Assembly: GCA_018714785.1 (NCBI GenBank)
Contig: DVMV01000024.1
Span: forward strand, 1 to 48,888
Reading direction: 5' to 3'
Source: Candidatus Alloenteromonas pullicola
GTDB taxonomy: Bacteria > Bacillota_I > Bacilli_A > RFN20 > CAG-826
DNA length: 48,888 bases
Shown here: positions 29,041 through 42,900 of the stretch, piece after piece
Numbering within the stretch: the stretch's first letter is position 1
Layout: the number at the start of each line of letters is the position of its first letter
Translations under genes and position numbers: made by a program
Notes under the pieces: model-generated
Database searches by the model: none
Seen by the model: the letters and a program-made list of their open reading frames with translations, nothing else
Told to the model about the DNA's origin: nothing

Positions 29041-31447
29041 CCTCATCGTCCTCCTCGTATTCGAATTTCCCAATCTGCTCGTATGAGACGGCTCCGTCCT
29101 CGCCCTCGCGCTTCCTATAGTAGCGGGCGAAGTCCGGGTCGGCGTGGCAGATGATGGAGAAGCTGCAGTATTTGCAGCCGTCCTCCCCGTTTTTGACCTT
29201 GATGGGCGAGATCGGGAACTTCGATTCCTCGATGGCATCCATCTCCTGCTCCGCCTTTCCCTTGGCCTGCTCGATTATCCGCTTGAGGGATTCGGCGTCG
29301 AAGGCGCCTTTCACCTCGCCTTTGGCGGAGTGGCTTATTATCTCCAGGTCGGGATCGAACTTCCCCAGCAACGAGGGATCGGATTTGACGAACCCCTCCA
29401 GCGCGGCGGGGGAATCGGCTACCTCGGCATGGTCCTTGATGTTGCATTTGATCGAGGCGATGAAGGCCCCATAGACCTCTTTGCCCAAGGTGGAGGAGGC
29501 CAATAGGCTGTATAGCGGAAGCTGCATCGATAGCCCAAGCGGTATCTTGGGCAGCTCGAACCGGTGGTTCCAGCCGCTCGTCTTGTAGTCGACGACGAAC
29601 ACCTCATCGCCGATTTCGCCGACGAGGTCGCTCCGGCCATAGAGCTTCCGCCCGCCTAGGTCGGCCTGCAGCTTGATCTCGGGGCGCAGGGGGAAAAGAC
29701 GGAGCCGCTTGGCGTAGTTGTCCGCGCTCACCCGCGCCTCCTCCTCGGTGAAGGAAAGCAGCAGCCGCTCCGAATAGGAGAACGACTCCCCGCCTTCCCC
29801 TATTATCCTCTCGGCCTCCTGCTTGCCCGATTCGAAGAAGGAGGTGTCGTAGCCATGCCGGCCTATCTCCTCGAAGATCGCGTGGAAATAGGTCCCCTGC
29901 AAGGCCGGGAAGGAATGGGAATCGTCGCGCAGCCCCAGGATGTACTGCAGATAGTACATATATGGGCATTTTGCGTAGGTTTCCAATGCCGTATAGGACG
30001 CCTTTGGCAGCTTTTCCGCCGCAAAGGCCCGGTTGTTTTTGTCGAATCGCGGATCGTAAAGGGCAAAGCCCGGCAGCATCTCGGCCAAGGCGTCCTGCCT
30101 CGGCGATTTGCTTAGGAACTTCTTCTCCGACTCGAGGTCGTCGCCATACTCGATGCGGGCGAACCCCTTGGAGTATTCGTAGTCCAGCGGCCCCTCGTCG
30201 TGGGCGATGGAAACGCCATGGGAGGCGGCTTTCGCCATCTCGTCGGCCATCAGGAACGACTCGTGGCGCGGCCTATCGTCGGTCCCCTGCATGTAGAAGA
30301 AGGCGTCCTTGATGTAGCCATGGCGCAGGGCGGAAAGCAAATCGCAGGCGTCTAGGTGCCCCGCTTCCTGCGGGGTCATTAGCCCCGCGGCCTCGTAGTC
30401 TTCCTCTTCCAATAGGAATGGGTTGTCCGCCCCGGGCTTTGGGGCGTGGGAGCTGGAGAAGTCGAGCAAGATGCCATATTGGCCCGGCTCGCAGAAATAT
30501 CCCCGCGCGACGTTGATGCCCTCTTCGTAAGTCACCCCGCCGGTCAATTTCTCCTTCAGGCAGAGGTAGCAGGCGCGCCTGATGTCGCTCAGCTTGGAGT
30601 TTCGGCAAAGCGGGGACAAGGCCTCGACTATCATCCCCACCTTGTCGGAGTTCGGGAATTCGCTGTTCAGCTCTTCCTCTAACGAAAGCAGCCCTTCCCT
30701 ACCGGATAGACCGCAAGCAGCGATGAACTTCAGCGCGGCCTTCCCTTCGTCTAGATAGGCTAGCGGAATCGAAGGGGGCAGATTTATCGGGAGGCCATAT
30801 AGGCGCGAGATCTCCAGCAGGGCGCGGCGGTCGCCGTCCTCGTAGTTGCATAGGCAGATGCCGCTGGGCTTGATCCCTTGCTCGGCGATGAGACGGCAGA
30901 GCAGGTTGCCAAGGTAATGGAACCCCTCGATGTAGGTCGGGAAACGGTGCAGCGAATAGCCGAATGCCGCCTTGGGATCGGGAAGATCGTCCCCCAGCCC
31001 CTCGCCGAGGTCGAAGCCCATCGCGATGTTGGGGAGCTCTTTGACCAAGCCCGACACCCTGACCCCCGAGCCGTAGCCGGAGATGATGATGTTCCTTCCC
31101 TTCAGCCTGGCCCCAGGCAGGAAGGGCTCATGGATGTAGCCTTCGCTTTTCAGCAGGTCGAACAATCGGCAGACCTCATTCAGGCTCTGCGCTTTCCTGG
31201 CCTTCTTCTCATCCAATAAGGGGAGGCAATCAAGCAGGGCTTTCGCCTTTCTATAGGATATTCCTTCGTCCAAAAGCCGCCCGATCGCGCTTGGGTCTAT
31301 CCGGCGGGAAAACTCATCCTGCAGCGATGATAGATCGAATAGCTTGATGTCTAGGCCCGGCTGGCTCGCCATCATGTCGAGGTAGCGCCCCCAAAGGGCG
31401 CGCGGGGCGATGATGGCGGAGTTGGAATAGAGGGTGTCTTTTTGCAT
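29027..31447 (-). CDS. addB: AddB/RexB-like PD-(D/E)XK nuclease subunit
   Basis: C-terminal SYTALETYAKCP..YY, GRSD, VVDYKT, QLPLY and CKYC..IC (Fe-S staple cysteines); directly upstream of addA. Confidence 0.8.
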   Translation of the reverse strand: MQKDTLYSNSAIIAPRALWGRYLDMMASQPGLDIKLFDLSSLQDEFSRRIDPSAIGRLLDEGISYRKAKALLDCLPLLDEKKARKAQSLNEVCRLFDLLKSEGYIHEPFLPGARLKGRNIIISGYGSGVRVSGLVKELPNIAMGFDLGEGLGDDLPDPKAAFGYSLHRFPTYIEGFHYLGNLLCRLIAEQGIKPSGICLCNYEDGDRRALLEISRLYGLPINLPPSIPLAYLDEGKAALKFIAACGLSGREGLLSLEEELNSEFPNSDKVGMIVEALSPLCRNSKLSDIRRACYLCLKEKLTGGVTYEEGINVARGYFCEPGQYGILLDFSSSHAPKPGADNPFLLEEEDYEAAGLMTPQEAGHLDACDLLSALRHGYIKDAFFYMQGTDDRPRHESFLMADEMAKAASHGVSIAHDEGPLDYEYSKGFARIEYGDDLESEKKFLSKSPRQDALAEMLPGFALYDPRFDKNNRAFAAEKLPKASYTALETYAKCPYMYYLQYILGLRDDSHSFPALQGTYFHAIFEEIGRHGYDTSFFESGKQEAERIIGEGGESFSYSERLLLSFTEEEARVSADNYAKRLRLFPLRPEIKLQADLGGRKLYGRSDLVGEIGDEVFVVDYKTSGWNHRFELPKIPLGLSMQLPLYSLLASSTLGKEVYGAFIASIKCNIKDHAEVADSPAALEGFVKSDPSLLGKFDPDLEIISHSAKGEVKGAFDAESLKRIIEQAKGKAEQEMDAIEESKFPISPIKVKNGEDGCKYCSFSIICHADPDFARYYRKREGEDGAVSYEQIGKFEYEEDDEDEAD

Positions 31448-31530
31448 AGATTGATTCTATACCCGCACGGGGGCCGACTCTAGAAGCGGCTGCGGAGAAT
31501 ACCGGACGGACATTGTGCTTTAATATTGTT

Positions 31531-32486
31531 ATGCCGAGCAAGACGCAGACATTGGAGGAAATAGTCGATGGCTTTGGGGCCCAGCAGGCGCGCTCGCTTT
31601 TCCTGCGCCTAGCCAAGAGGGCCTCGGAAAGCGAATACGGCGAGGAGTTCCGCTCGGTGGCCAAGGCCGTCGAGGGGGAGGCTGGCAAGCTGACCGACCT
31701 CGAGCTCGCCGAGGCCTTGCTCTATTTCGGCAGGGCGCTTTCGGCCGATCCGTCCGGGGAGGAGGCTTTCCGCGACGGCGTGGCCTCGATCGCCTACGCC
31801 TATCGCCTGACCGAGGGGATGGCCGACCGGGAGCATCAGAAGGAGCAGTCGCGCATCCACGCCATATCCGCCCTGCACCTGGGGTTCCTCTCGCTGTTCG
31901 AGCAGGATGGAGGGGAGCTGGTCTTCGGGGCCTCGCCCTACGCCAACATGGCGGTCAGGTATTCCTTGCCGCCCAACCTCAAGCGGGGGCTCGCCTACCT
32001 CGAGGACGCCCGGGGCGACCGAGGCCTAGCCAACGACGCCAACGCCCTGCTGGGCCTTTATTACATGCACCGCGGGGACGGGAAGGGGATCGCCAAGGAC
32101 GACCTGAAGCGGGCCGTCTACCACTTCATGCTGCTTAAGGCGCCGAGCCGGAAAAGGGAGGGCGCCTCCTGCTGCCGCTATCTGCCGTTCTTCTCCTCAT
32201 CGCTGGCCATGGAGGCCAAGAGGCTCATCGATTTCGGGTGCCTGAAGCCGGGTTTTGCGCTGCTTTCGCACTCCCTCGATCTCGAAAAGGGCCTGAAAGA
32301 CAGCCAAAGGAACCCGTATATACCATACAACCTGGCGCTATGCTGCCTATATGGGGTCGGCACGCCGATCGACCGGGTCAAGGCCAACGAATACAAGGGG
32401 ATGGTCGAGTCGCTGGCATCATCCCTGCCGCTGGCCGAGAAGCTATTGCTTTCCCTGGCCCGGGCCGACTTCTCGTTGCCTAGGGC

Positions 32487-32490
<4 letters not shown>
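31531..32490 (+). CDS. Helical protein with Sel1-like repeats
   Basis: YNLALCCLYGVGTPIDRVKANEY and LLGLYY..G...D.KRAVYHF resemble SLR repeats. Start moved to ATG 31531, 6 nt after TGnTTTAAT. Confidence 0.6.
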
Positions 32491-33962
<1,472 letters not shown>

Positions 33963-33978
33963 GCTTAGATAGTAAACG

Positions 33979-34005
33979 AAAAAAGGGATGGTGGCCAGCC
34001 ATCCC
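33979..34005 (-). terminator. Intrinsic terminator between the PTS IIC gene and glpK
   Basis: Minus strand GGGATGG-7 nt-CCATCCC-TTTTTT. Confidence 0.75.
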
Positions 34006-34022
34006 AATAGATAGTGGACAGT

Positions 34023-35132
34023 TCAGGCGGCGATGTCGTTGGACAGGGAGAAATCGCCCTTCTTTATCCAGCCGAGCTTCCGGAAGAGGAAGTCGATGGC
34101 CAGGGTCAAGGCGATCGGGGCCAGGACGCAGATGCCGATTATCCACAGGGCCAGCTGCCATGAATACCCGGTGGCCCCGAGGAAGTTCAGCGGCCCGACC
34201 AGGCCGCTGGTCCCCATGCCGGCGCCGACGCTGAGCAGGCTCTCGCTAAGCTCGCCCGTAAGCGGGAAAAGCATGGCGAAGGGCCCCAATATGGCCGAGC
34301 AGATGCAGGTCGGCAGCCAGATCAGCGGCTTCCTGACGATGTTCTTGAACTCGAGCATCGAGGTCCCGATGCCGATGGCGAGCACCGAGCCCCACTTGTT
34401 GTCGTAGGCGGCCTCGGCGGCGAAGCCGACCATCTGGGTGCAGGTGCCGATCAAGGCGGCCGCGGCGGCCATCGGGACGTTGCCGATGGAGATGGCGACG
34501 CAAAGGGCCACCGAGGATATCGGGGCGGTGAGGACCATCCCGACTATGACCGAGACGAAGATGCACATGAAGAAGCTGACGACGACGTTCCTGAAGCAGA
34601 GCTCGACCAATAGGCCCAGCCCGACGGTGATGTAGTGCACGTAGGCGGCGAGCAGGAAGGAGTAAAGCACCGCGGCGCCGATGCCGACCAGCGGGATCAA
34701 TATGAGATCCACCGGGGTCTTGCGCTTGTTCCAAAGCTTCAGAACCAATAGGCAGATGATGACGGCGACGTAGCAGGAAAGCGGGTCGCTGATGAGGTTG
34801 ACCGCCCCGGAGGAGAAGTCGAAGGCGAAGTTCCCGATGGCGCCCGCCACCAGGCAGGCGACCAAGGCGACGCCCTGCTTCTTCTTCGACAATCCGACCC
34901 CGAGGCCGATGCCGGCCCCCATCAGCCCCTTGATGGTGTCGGCCCAGTCGCCGATCGCCTCCATGTGGGGGATCTGGGCGAACAGCCCGAGTATCGTCCC
35001 GATGATCAATGTCCCGAAAAGCCCAATGGCCATCCCGTTGGTGGTGACCATCAGGTTGTTCTGGATGTATTTCAGCGCTTTCTTAAATCTGCCAGGCTCT
35101 TTCCTTGGCTCTTCGATTTGTTCCGTATCCAT
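34023..35132 (-). CDS. PTS IIC-like membrane protein (PTS_EIIC_2/PfoR-like)
   Basis: NGMAIGLF.TL, TP.DLIL.P, LTAPISS, GT.MLE..NI and GAGMGTSGLVGP; about 10 TM segments. Confidence 0.85.
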   Translation of the reverse strand: MDTEQIEEPRKEPGRFKKALKYIQNNLMVTTNGMAIGLFGTLIIGTILGLFAQIPHMEAIGDWADTIKGLMGAGIGLGVGLSKKKQGVALVACLVAGAIGNFAFDFSSGAVNLISDPLSCYVAVIICLLVLKLWNKRKTPVDLILIPLVGIGAAVLYSFLLAAYVHYITVGLGLLVELCFRNVVVSFFMCIFVSVIVGMVLTAPISSVALCVAISIGNVPMAAAAALIGTCTQMVGFAAEAAYDNKWGSVLAIGIGTSMLEFKNIVRKPLIWLPTCICSAILGPFAMLFPLTGELSESLLSVGAGMGTSGLVGPLNFLGATGYSWQLALWIIGICVLAPIALTLAIDFLFRKLGWIKKGDFSLSNDIAA

Positions 35133-36398
35133 TTATCTCCCCGCGGCGAAGTAATGCTCTATCTCCTCGATCTCCTTCGGTATGAACGACGACAGGTTCT
35201 TGGCCCCGCGGTCGGTGATGAGGAGGTCGTCCTCGATCCGGATCCCGATGCCCTCCTCCTTTATGTAGAGGCCGGGCTCGTCCGATATGACGTTGCCCTC
35301 CTCCAACGGCTTGTCGCGGTCCATCGGGTCGTGGTCGTCGAGCCCGATGTGGTGGCTCACCGAATGGAAGTATATCCGGTCGATGTCGTCGTAGCTCGAT
35401 ATGACCCCTTCCTCGAGGCAGCGCTGGGCCAGGTAGTCCCGGGCGAAGGCGTTGAGCTCGCGCAGCGTGATGCCGGGCTTGGCGAAGCCGATGACGGCCT
35501 TGTTGCAGCCGAGGACGATCTCGTAAAGCTGCCTTTGCCGAGGCGAGTAGACGCCGTCGACGGGGATGGTGCGGGAGATGTCGCCGCAATAGCCTTCCTC
35601 CTTCGCGCCGACGTCGAACAGCACCAGCGTCCCCTCCTTCAGCTTGCTCTGCGGGTTGGGGTAATGCAGCGTCGTCCCGTTCTCGCCCGAGGCGACGATC
35701 GAGGGGAAGCTCAGCCCCCCTAGGGCGTTGGACGACTGCGAGGCCTGGAAGAATCCGAGCGAGAGCTCATACTCATAGGCCCCGGGGGCGATGAGGCTGT
35801 AGGCCCGGAGCAGCCCGGCCTTGGTGTGCTCTATGGCCCTCTTGATGCAGCCGACCTCGGCCTCCGATTTCTTGGCCCGGAGGTCGAAGACCATCGGGGC
35901 GAGGTCGACGACCCGCAGCCCCGGGTAGATGGCGTGGAGGGAGCCCACGAAGGCCTTGACGTCGAGCTCCTCCTCGATCTTTAGCTCCGGGGAGAGGTCG
36001 AAGTACCCGAGCCCCATCGGCGCCTCCTCGTCTATCCCCTGGCGCAGGAGGCGGTCAAGCCTCGAGGTCAGATAGGGGGTCAGCAGCACGTTGTTGACCC
36101 CGGAGACGAGCTTCGCCTCCTCGGGGGTGAGCTTCTTGCCGTACCACTTCTCCTTGGTCTCGTCGTAGGGCGAGATGAAGAGGAACTCCCGGCATTCGGC
36201 GCCCCGCTTGATCAGCAGCAGCGACGACCCCTCCTGGTTTATCCCGGTGAGGTAGAAGAAGTTGCGGTTGGATTCGAAAGGGTAGTCCTGATCGGCCGAG
36301 AGGCATTTGGGCTTGCCGGCGAAAACAAGGGCGAAGCTCTCGTCCTCCATCTTGTCGAATAGCGCGGCGCGGCGCGACTGCAGTTCATTGATGTGCAT
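35133..36398 (-). CDS. pepP: Xaa-Pro aminopeptidase (aminopeptidase P)
   Basis: AMP_N-type N-terminus (NRNFFYLTG); metal ligands in DVG, GDISRT, HHIGLDDHD, EPGLY and GIRIEDD. Confidence 0.9.
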   Translation of the reverse strand: MHINELQSRRAALFDKMEDESFALVFAGKPKCLSADQDYPFESNRNFFYLTGINQEGSSLLLIKRGAECREFLFISPYDETKEKWYGKKLTPEEAKLVSGVNNVLLTPYLTSRLDRLLRQGIDEEAPMGLGYFDLSPELKIEEELDVKAFVGSLHAIYPGLRVVDLAPMVFDLRAKKSEAEVGCIKRAIEHTKAGLLRAYSLIAPGAYEYELSLGFFQASQSSNALGGLSFPSIVASGENGTTLHYPNPQSKLKEGTLVLFDVGAKEEGYCGDISRTIPVDGVYSPRQRQLYEIVLGCNKAVIGFAKPGITLRELNAFARDYLAQRCLEEGVISSYDDIDRIYFHSVSHHIGLDDHDPMDRDKPLEEGNVISDEPGLYIKEEGIGIRIEDDLLITDRGAKNLSSFIPKEIEEIEHYFAAGR

Positions 36399-36999
36399 CG
36401 GCGACCTCCTGTAGCGAGCTTATCTGCTCCTTCTCGCCCAGCCTCCCCCTAAGCGGGGGGAAGGCGATGGCTGGGTCTATCATACCATCGCTTATAAGAC
36501 GGAAGGAAACCTCTTCCCCATAGGTAGCGCTTTCTATGCTAAGCCCCAGCCTAGACGCCAAGCGGGAAAGCTGCTCGAACTCGGAGTATGGCAGGCTGCA
36601 GGACTGGGAATAGCGGACCGACATCACGGCGTAGCGGCAGCTAGACAAGGCGGCTTTGGCCGCCTCCACCACCTTCCGGCGGAGGTTGCCGACCCCGAGC
36701 TTCCTCCCGCCAAAATACCTAGCCACGGCCACCAGTCCGCATATGCCCTCGCCCCGAAGCAGGTCGAGCAAGGGGCGGCCGCTGGAATTGGCGGGCTCGC
36801 CATCCTCCGAATAGGCCTCCTTGTCAGGGCCGAGGTAGCCATATGGGATGTGGGCGGCCTTCTTGTTGGCCTCCACCACCTCCTCTAGAAGCCCCTTGGC
36901 TTCCTCGAAGGACTGGCAGGGGAAGGCGTAGGCGAGGAACCTCGAGCCGAGCATCTCCGATTCCCCGTTTGAGGGGGAATAGATATAGCGCTCGCTCAT
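36385..36999 (-). CDS. yigZ: YigZ/IMPACT family protein
   Basis: SRFLAY, A.H..YGY, EDGEP..SSG.P and RYFGG.KLG.G.L. Confidence 0.88.
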   Translation of the reverse strand: MSERYIYSPSNGESEMLGSRFLAYAFPCQSFEEAKGLLEEVVEANKKAAHIPYGYLGPDKEAYSEDGEPANSSGRPLLDLLRGEGICGLVAVARYFGGRKLGVGNLRRKVVEAAKAALSSCRYAVMSVRYSQSCSLPYSEFEQLSRLASRLGLSIESATYGEEVSFRLISDGMIDPAIAFPPLRGRLGEKEQISSLQEVADAHQ

Positions 37000-39900
37000 A
37001 TTAGCAGGCCCGCGGCCGCCTCGTAGGAGAATAGCGCCGGCGTCCCGGCGATGGCGTTGAGCATGTCGCTGCCCTCAAGATTGGTGACGTAGGCCATGAA
37101 GTCGTCCTGATCATGGGCGGTGGAGTCGTAGACCAAGCCGAGGTAGAGCATGTCGGCGAGGATCCGCCGCTCGCCGGCGTAGTCGCCGAAGGACCTTAGG
37201 GCGTCCTGGCGTGAGGATAGCGGGTTGCCGTCGCTCTTCCCATAGGCCAGGCAGGCCTTGTGGAAGGGATCGGCGTAGGTTCCGTCGATGACTTTCCCCA
37301 GGTCGTCGATCGCGGTGAGGAAGGACGCGTCTTGCCCCCCGAAGGCCTCGATTCGATAGGGGCCGCTGGGCATCTCGATCCCGTCGAATGAGGTCGAGAA
37401 CAGCTGCGAGCAATCCAGGTAGGAGAGCGTGTTCGCGGCGATCGACTCGATCTCCCCGGCGAGGATGTACTGGAAGAAGGCCGGCTTTCGCTCCGCCCAA
37501 AGCGAGGAGACGTCGAAGGCCGAGGCGACGGTGGTGAAGCCGACGTTTTGCCCCGCGACCTCGACGTTGGGCGACTGGAAGGAGGAGTTGATGGCCTTTA
37601 TCGCGGAGGCGGCGAGATGCCCGGAGGAGGCGGAGAGCACGGTGGAGACCGCCTTGGCGTACCCCTCGAGGGCTATGATCGACACCAGGTTGCCATCAAG
37701 GTAAGCGGCGTCGCCGGATAGGTCGGGGTAGCTTCCGTCGCCCCTACGCCCGATGAGGCTATTCAACGTCACCAATGACCCAGCCATCCCGCTGCCGTCG
37801 AGGTCGAGGTGGGAGAAAAGCGACGCCTGGACCGGGATCAGCAGCCCGGATCCGAAGTCGATGCTCTGGTTGACGGTGAAGATGCTGTAGAGCGCGTATT
37901 CGCGGGCCTCGATTGGGGAATCGGGGGCGATCTCGGATGGCAGCAGCCCGGAGGCGGAGTATTCCTTATCGAAGATGGTCGACTGCTGGTAGAACTCCAG
38001 CAGCGAGAGGCTTTCCAGCCCGGCGTCAAGCAGGTTCTTAAGCGGGGTGTCGCCCTCGAAGCTAACGTAGGCGCCATTCTGCTCGTCGTAGATGGAGTAT
38101 AGGAGGTTCCTGATCAGGTCGAGGTCGACCTCGCGCAGGTCAGTTTGGGAGAAGTGGTAGTCGGAGAGGTCGTAGGCCAAGGTGAGCTCCTCGTTCGGGG
38201 ATAGCTTTATCCTCGAGGGCGAGGCGAAGTTGGAAAGATCCGCCGCGTTGCCCTCGACCAGGCCCTGCGCGGAGAGGTCGATCGGCTCATCGAGCCCGTC
38301 GACGTAAAGCAATGGCGCGGTCTGGCCTATCGAATCGGCGGTGAGGCTTATCGCCCGGCCGCCCCCGGTGAGAAACGGCGTCAGATCGAAATAGCCTTCC
38401 CCGTCGGCGAAGAAGGTCCCGGTCACGGTCGTGAACCTGCCGAGGTCGACCTGCTCGAATACCTGCCCGAGCTTGTTCGGCAGCAGGTTGGGGACGACCT
38501 CAAGCCGGGCCGCCCTTTCCATGAAGCCGGAAAGCGTGTCGGGCTCGATGGAGGTGAGGCTATCGAGGCTGAGGTTGCCGTCTTGGTCGACGAGGTCGCT
38601 GTTGAGCACGAGGTCGAGCAATCCCCCTTTCCGCCCGTCGGTGGTTAGGGAGTTGATCTCCTCGCCCCAGCTATGGGTCGCCGAGTCGCGGAAGGAGAGG
38701 ATCGAGTCGTGGAGCATCTGCTTATACCCGTCCTGCGGGTGATCGAGGTAGATCTGCAGGTAATCCCTCATGGAGAAGGAGTTGGAGGCGAGGCCGGTGT
38801 CGTCGTAGATGAGGTACATCAGCTGCTCAAACACCGTGAGGTCGTTAAAGGCGTAGCCATCGCTCCCCCAGCCGGCTTGCAGGCTTATCCCGGCGTCGGA
38901 TAGGTAGGAGGAAGAGAAAGGCAGGTTGAAGACGTAGCTGTTCTCCATGTCCACCAAGATCGAGCGGAGGACCATCGGGTCGAGGGTCGAGAGGTCGGCG
39001 AGGCCGGAGGAGGAGAACAGGTCGGAGTTGCGCCCGATGTAGGAAAGGGCGGAGCTGAGCAGATAGATCTCGGAATCGTCGTACCTCGCGTTCCAGTCGG
39101 GGCCGCCGACGCGGGATTTGCCATCCTGCTGGTAGTACTGGTAGAAGACGTTGGCGGAGGAGAAGTCGATGCCCTCGATGGCGAACGACTCCCCGGAGTT
39201 GACCATGGTGTGGATTATGTTTGGCACGAGGTCGTAGAAAAGCGGCGAGTCGTTGAGCGTGGTCAGCAACGAGGCGAAGACGCTCGGCCGGATGGCGTTG
39301 ACGTCGAGGACGCCGTCGGAGAGGATCGAGTACATATCGTCAGACTGCAAAAGCGAGAGCACCTCGCCCAGCGAGGCGATGGCTTCGCCCCCCTGCCGCA
39401 TAGAGGCTTCGGAAGCCCCGCCCGGCTGGATGCTCGGCATGACGGTCGCGACCAAATAGCGGGCCTTGGCGCGGACGTCGGCATCGGCCTCCCCGGCCTT
39501 TTCGTAGGATGCGTATTCGCTATCCAGCGCCCGATCCTTCGGGCTTTCCTCAAAGTAAAGGTAGCCCTTGATGGCGTCGAAGCAAAGCAGGTCCGAGACG
39601 AGGTATTGGAAGGAGGTGACGCCGTCCTCGCCTACCGTCTGGTTGAAGACGTGGCTCTGCATCATCTTCTGCAAGGCGTCGGTTATGGCGGCTGAGTCGA
39701 TGGTCGAGAGGTCGTTGAGGGTGAAGTCGGAGCACTCGGCCAGGTCGGCGAGCATGTCGACCAGGTTGTCGGTCTCGCCGTCAGGGTACATCCCATAGTC
39801 ATCCCCGCCCTCCTGGGCGTCGAAGTACGGATCGGCATAGTTGAGGAAGTTGTTGGCGAAGCTCGCGTCCCCGAACAGGTGGTTGTGGCCGTTGTTTTCG

Positions 39901-42900
39901 CCCTTGAAGGCTTTCTCGAGCATCGTCGGTATGGCGCGGTAGAAAAGGGAGGACGAATTCAGATCGTTGAAGATGGACTTCAGGCCGTCCACCTTCCCCT
40001 GCTTCTGCGCCCCGGTCCCGAAGAAGGTGGCCGGATCGGAGACCGAGTCGAGGTTCAGCCCGCCGTCGGAGCCGACCAGCCCGGATTTCTGGGCCGAGTC
40101 GACGATGTCGCAGATAATCGAGATCTCGAGGTCCCATTCGCCATCGTCCACCCCGTCGACGATCGTGCGGATCGACTTCTTGGTGTACTCGTTTATCGGC
40201 GAGGCGATGAACTCCTGATAGTCCTGCCCGGATTCCCGCTCCCCGTAGATCGTCGAGGTGGCCAGGACGTAGTCGACCAGCTGCTTGAACACCGGCCGCT
40301 TGCCCTCCTCGGCGGTGGATAGAAGCTTCGAGGAGGAGGCGCTCTCCAGCAGCGGGCGGAGCTGGAACTCGCTGTTTATCGTGCCGAGGTTGATGTCATC
40401 CAAGTTGACCTGCCCGTCCTTGTAGATTCCGTAGGATGGGTCGAATATCACGTCGAGGGCGGCGAAAAGGGTCGCGACCTCCTCTTGGTTGGCCGCCATA
40501 TCCCCGTCGGTTAGGCTCGGGTAGCCAAGGCTCAGGTCCTCGCCGTCGAAGTGCAGGAAGAAGGCGCTGTTGATGCAGGAGAAGTCGATCTCCGGGGTCG
40601 AGGCCTCGTCGCTTAGTCCCCCGATCGCGGCGTGCAGGCCGTTGTAGAGGACGACCCGGCCGAGCGACCTCGAGGTGGCGAGGGCGCCCATCGCCTTCTC
40701 CATCCCGGGCAGCGATTCGTAGGAGAAGCTGGATATCGCGCTGAGCCCGCCGATCGACGATATGGCGTCGAGGATGTCGCTGACCTTCGATATCTCGCCT
40801 TCCGCGCCGGTCCAATCCCCGCGCTCGCTGAGCGACTCGACCATGTCGTGGTAGAGCAGCTCGGTGTGCTCCTTCTTCTGCTCAAGCGTGGTCAGGCTGG
40901 CTGGGTCGACCTGGTCGTTCGGGTCCAGGAAATAGGAAAGCGCGTCGCCGCTGAGGGAGCCGACGAGCTTGTTGTAGAGGAACTTGGGGAAGAGGTATTC
41001 CCCATCGCGGGAGGTGAATATCCCCGAGTCGGCGAGCCGGGTCAGCAGCTCCCCGACGTTGGGGCCGATGGCGAAGAAATCGAGGTTCGACAGGTCGATG
41101 CCCTTCGCGGCCAAGGCGATGATCGACTCGATGGCCTCCCCCTCCGCCTTCCAATCGGTGATGTTGGTGAAGGAGACGCCCTCCGTGTCATCTCCGAACA
41201 GGGGCTTGATGATGTAGCCGTCCAAGGCCTGCCCCGCCATCTTCGAAAGCAGCTGCGAATTCCCTATCGACTCGAACACCGAGGCGATGTCGACCCGGGA
41301 TAGGGCCGAGACGGCCTGGTTGGCGTCCCCGCCGGTGATCGAGGAGAGGTTCTCGACCAATCCGGAGCTCACGACGCTGCATAGCGCGTCCACAAGGAAG
41401 TAGGTCTCGCCCTTGACCGTTATGTTCCCATCGTCGTCGTATTCCGAGGTGAGGTTGCTGGGCAGATCCTCGGGGGTCAGGGGCTCGAAGGACACCGCGT
41501 CCCCCACTTTCTCCATGAGCGTGTTGACAAGGTTGCAGAAGTTCACGTTTTGCTTCCCGTCGATGACCGGGTTGATGATCTTCGAGGAGAGGATGGCGTC
41601 TAGGATGTAGGCGAACTCGTCTTCGGCCTCGACGATCAGCGAGGTCATGGTCGAGGTGCCCATCGATTCGAACTTGGCGAAGCTGCTGACAAGCACCGGG
41701 CAGTATTTGGCGATCTTGAGGAGCTTGGAGATCTCCGAGCCGAGCGAATCGCATTCGAAGTCGAGGTGCTCGATGCCATATTCCTGAAGGGGGACGTTCT
41801 TCAAAGCCCCCTCGGCGATCGTCGGAAGGTTGGAGGAGAGGATGACCGACCTGTCGGCGTTTGGCAGGCAATCGATGAGGGCGTCAAGCAGGCCCTCGTC
41901 GATGGAATAGAGCTTCCCATCGGGGTCGAAGTTGATGCCCTCCAGCCCCTTTACGTCGAGCAGGAAAGCCTTGCCCGATTCGGTTGAGGCGAAGTCGGAG
42001 ACTAGGTCGAGTATCGAGCCGAGCTCGCGCTTGAAGTTGATGCGGGTGGCCCCGGAGTCGTAGCTCACAAGCTCGGACTCGGCCTCGGATAGGTCGAGGT
42101 CAAAAGGCAGGTTGGCGGCGTCTAGCTGCTTCTGGGCGAACGGGAGCAGGTCGTCGAGGGCGTTGCCGATCAGCTGCGAATCCAGAAGGCTCTTCTTCGA
42201 GGTGGATATCCCGTCTTCCCCTACCTCGACCGGGTTGCCCGAGGCATCGCGCTTGCCGACTATGACCTCGACTATCTCGGCGGAGTGGTCCACGACGAAA
42301 TTAAGCGCCTTGTCGAGGATGGTCCCGGATTGGCCTTCGCCGCTTTTTTTGGCGGCCTTGGGCGAGCTGCTGCCCCCGATGGTCGGCAATTCGTCGAATA
42401 GGCCTTCCATCTGCTCCTTGTCGATGCCGACGAGCGAATAGAACGCGTCGTAGACAAGGCCGAGCTCATCGAACCACTTCGTCTGGGCGACCTTCTTATA
42501 GGAGATCGACCCATCGGGTTCGCTGGGTAGGAAGCTGGCGAGGCTCAGCTCGCCTTCCCCCGGGGTAGATCCATCCTTGGTGGCCATGGTGTAGACCGCC
42601 CCGGCCAGCAGGTGGTTGATGAAATCGCTGTCGGCCTTGGAGAGGGCGCTGTGGAATGCGTCGTAGGCCTCCTGGTCCTTGAAGATCGAGAATAGCTGCC
42701 TGAGGTCGATGATCGGGGTCTTCGATACCTCGTCGACGATCACGTCGAAGAATCCGGAATCGAGCAAATCAACATAGAAATCGGATAGGTTCTCGAGCTC
42801 GTCGGCGTAATCGTAGTTGGCCGAGCTGATATAGGATACGGCATCCTCGCCGAGTATCGATTTGACCTGATCGATGTTCAGGGCGATCGAGACGGCAATC

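Noticed and set aside
29041-29238. 66-aa N-terminal extension of AddA in the ORF track
   Set aside because: It is low-complexity S/R/T sequence overlapping addB. UvrD similarity starts at MKPTSKQQEAI, which has a GAGGAGG SD.
29027-31447. Cas4-like nuclease suggesting a CRISPR or defence locus
   Set aside because: The Fe-S PD-(D/E)XK domain is the C-terminus of an 806-aa protein coupled to addA, which fits AddB. No repeat-spacer array or cas genes were seen.
34023-35132. PTS IIC-like gene as a glycerol uptake partner co-transcribed with glpK
   Set aside because: A terminator (33979-34005) and a separate -10 box separate it from glpK, and no IIA or IIB gene is present.
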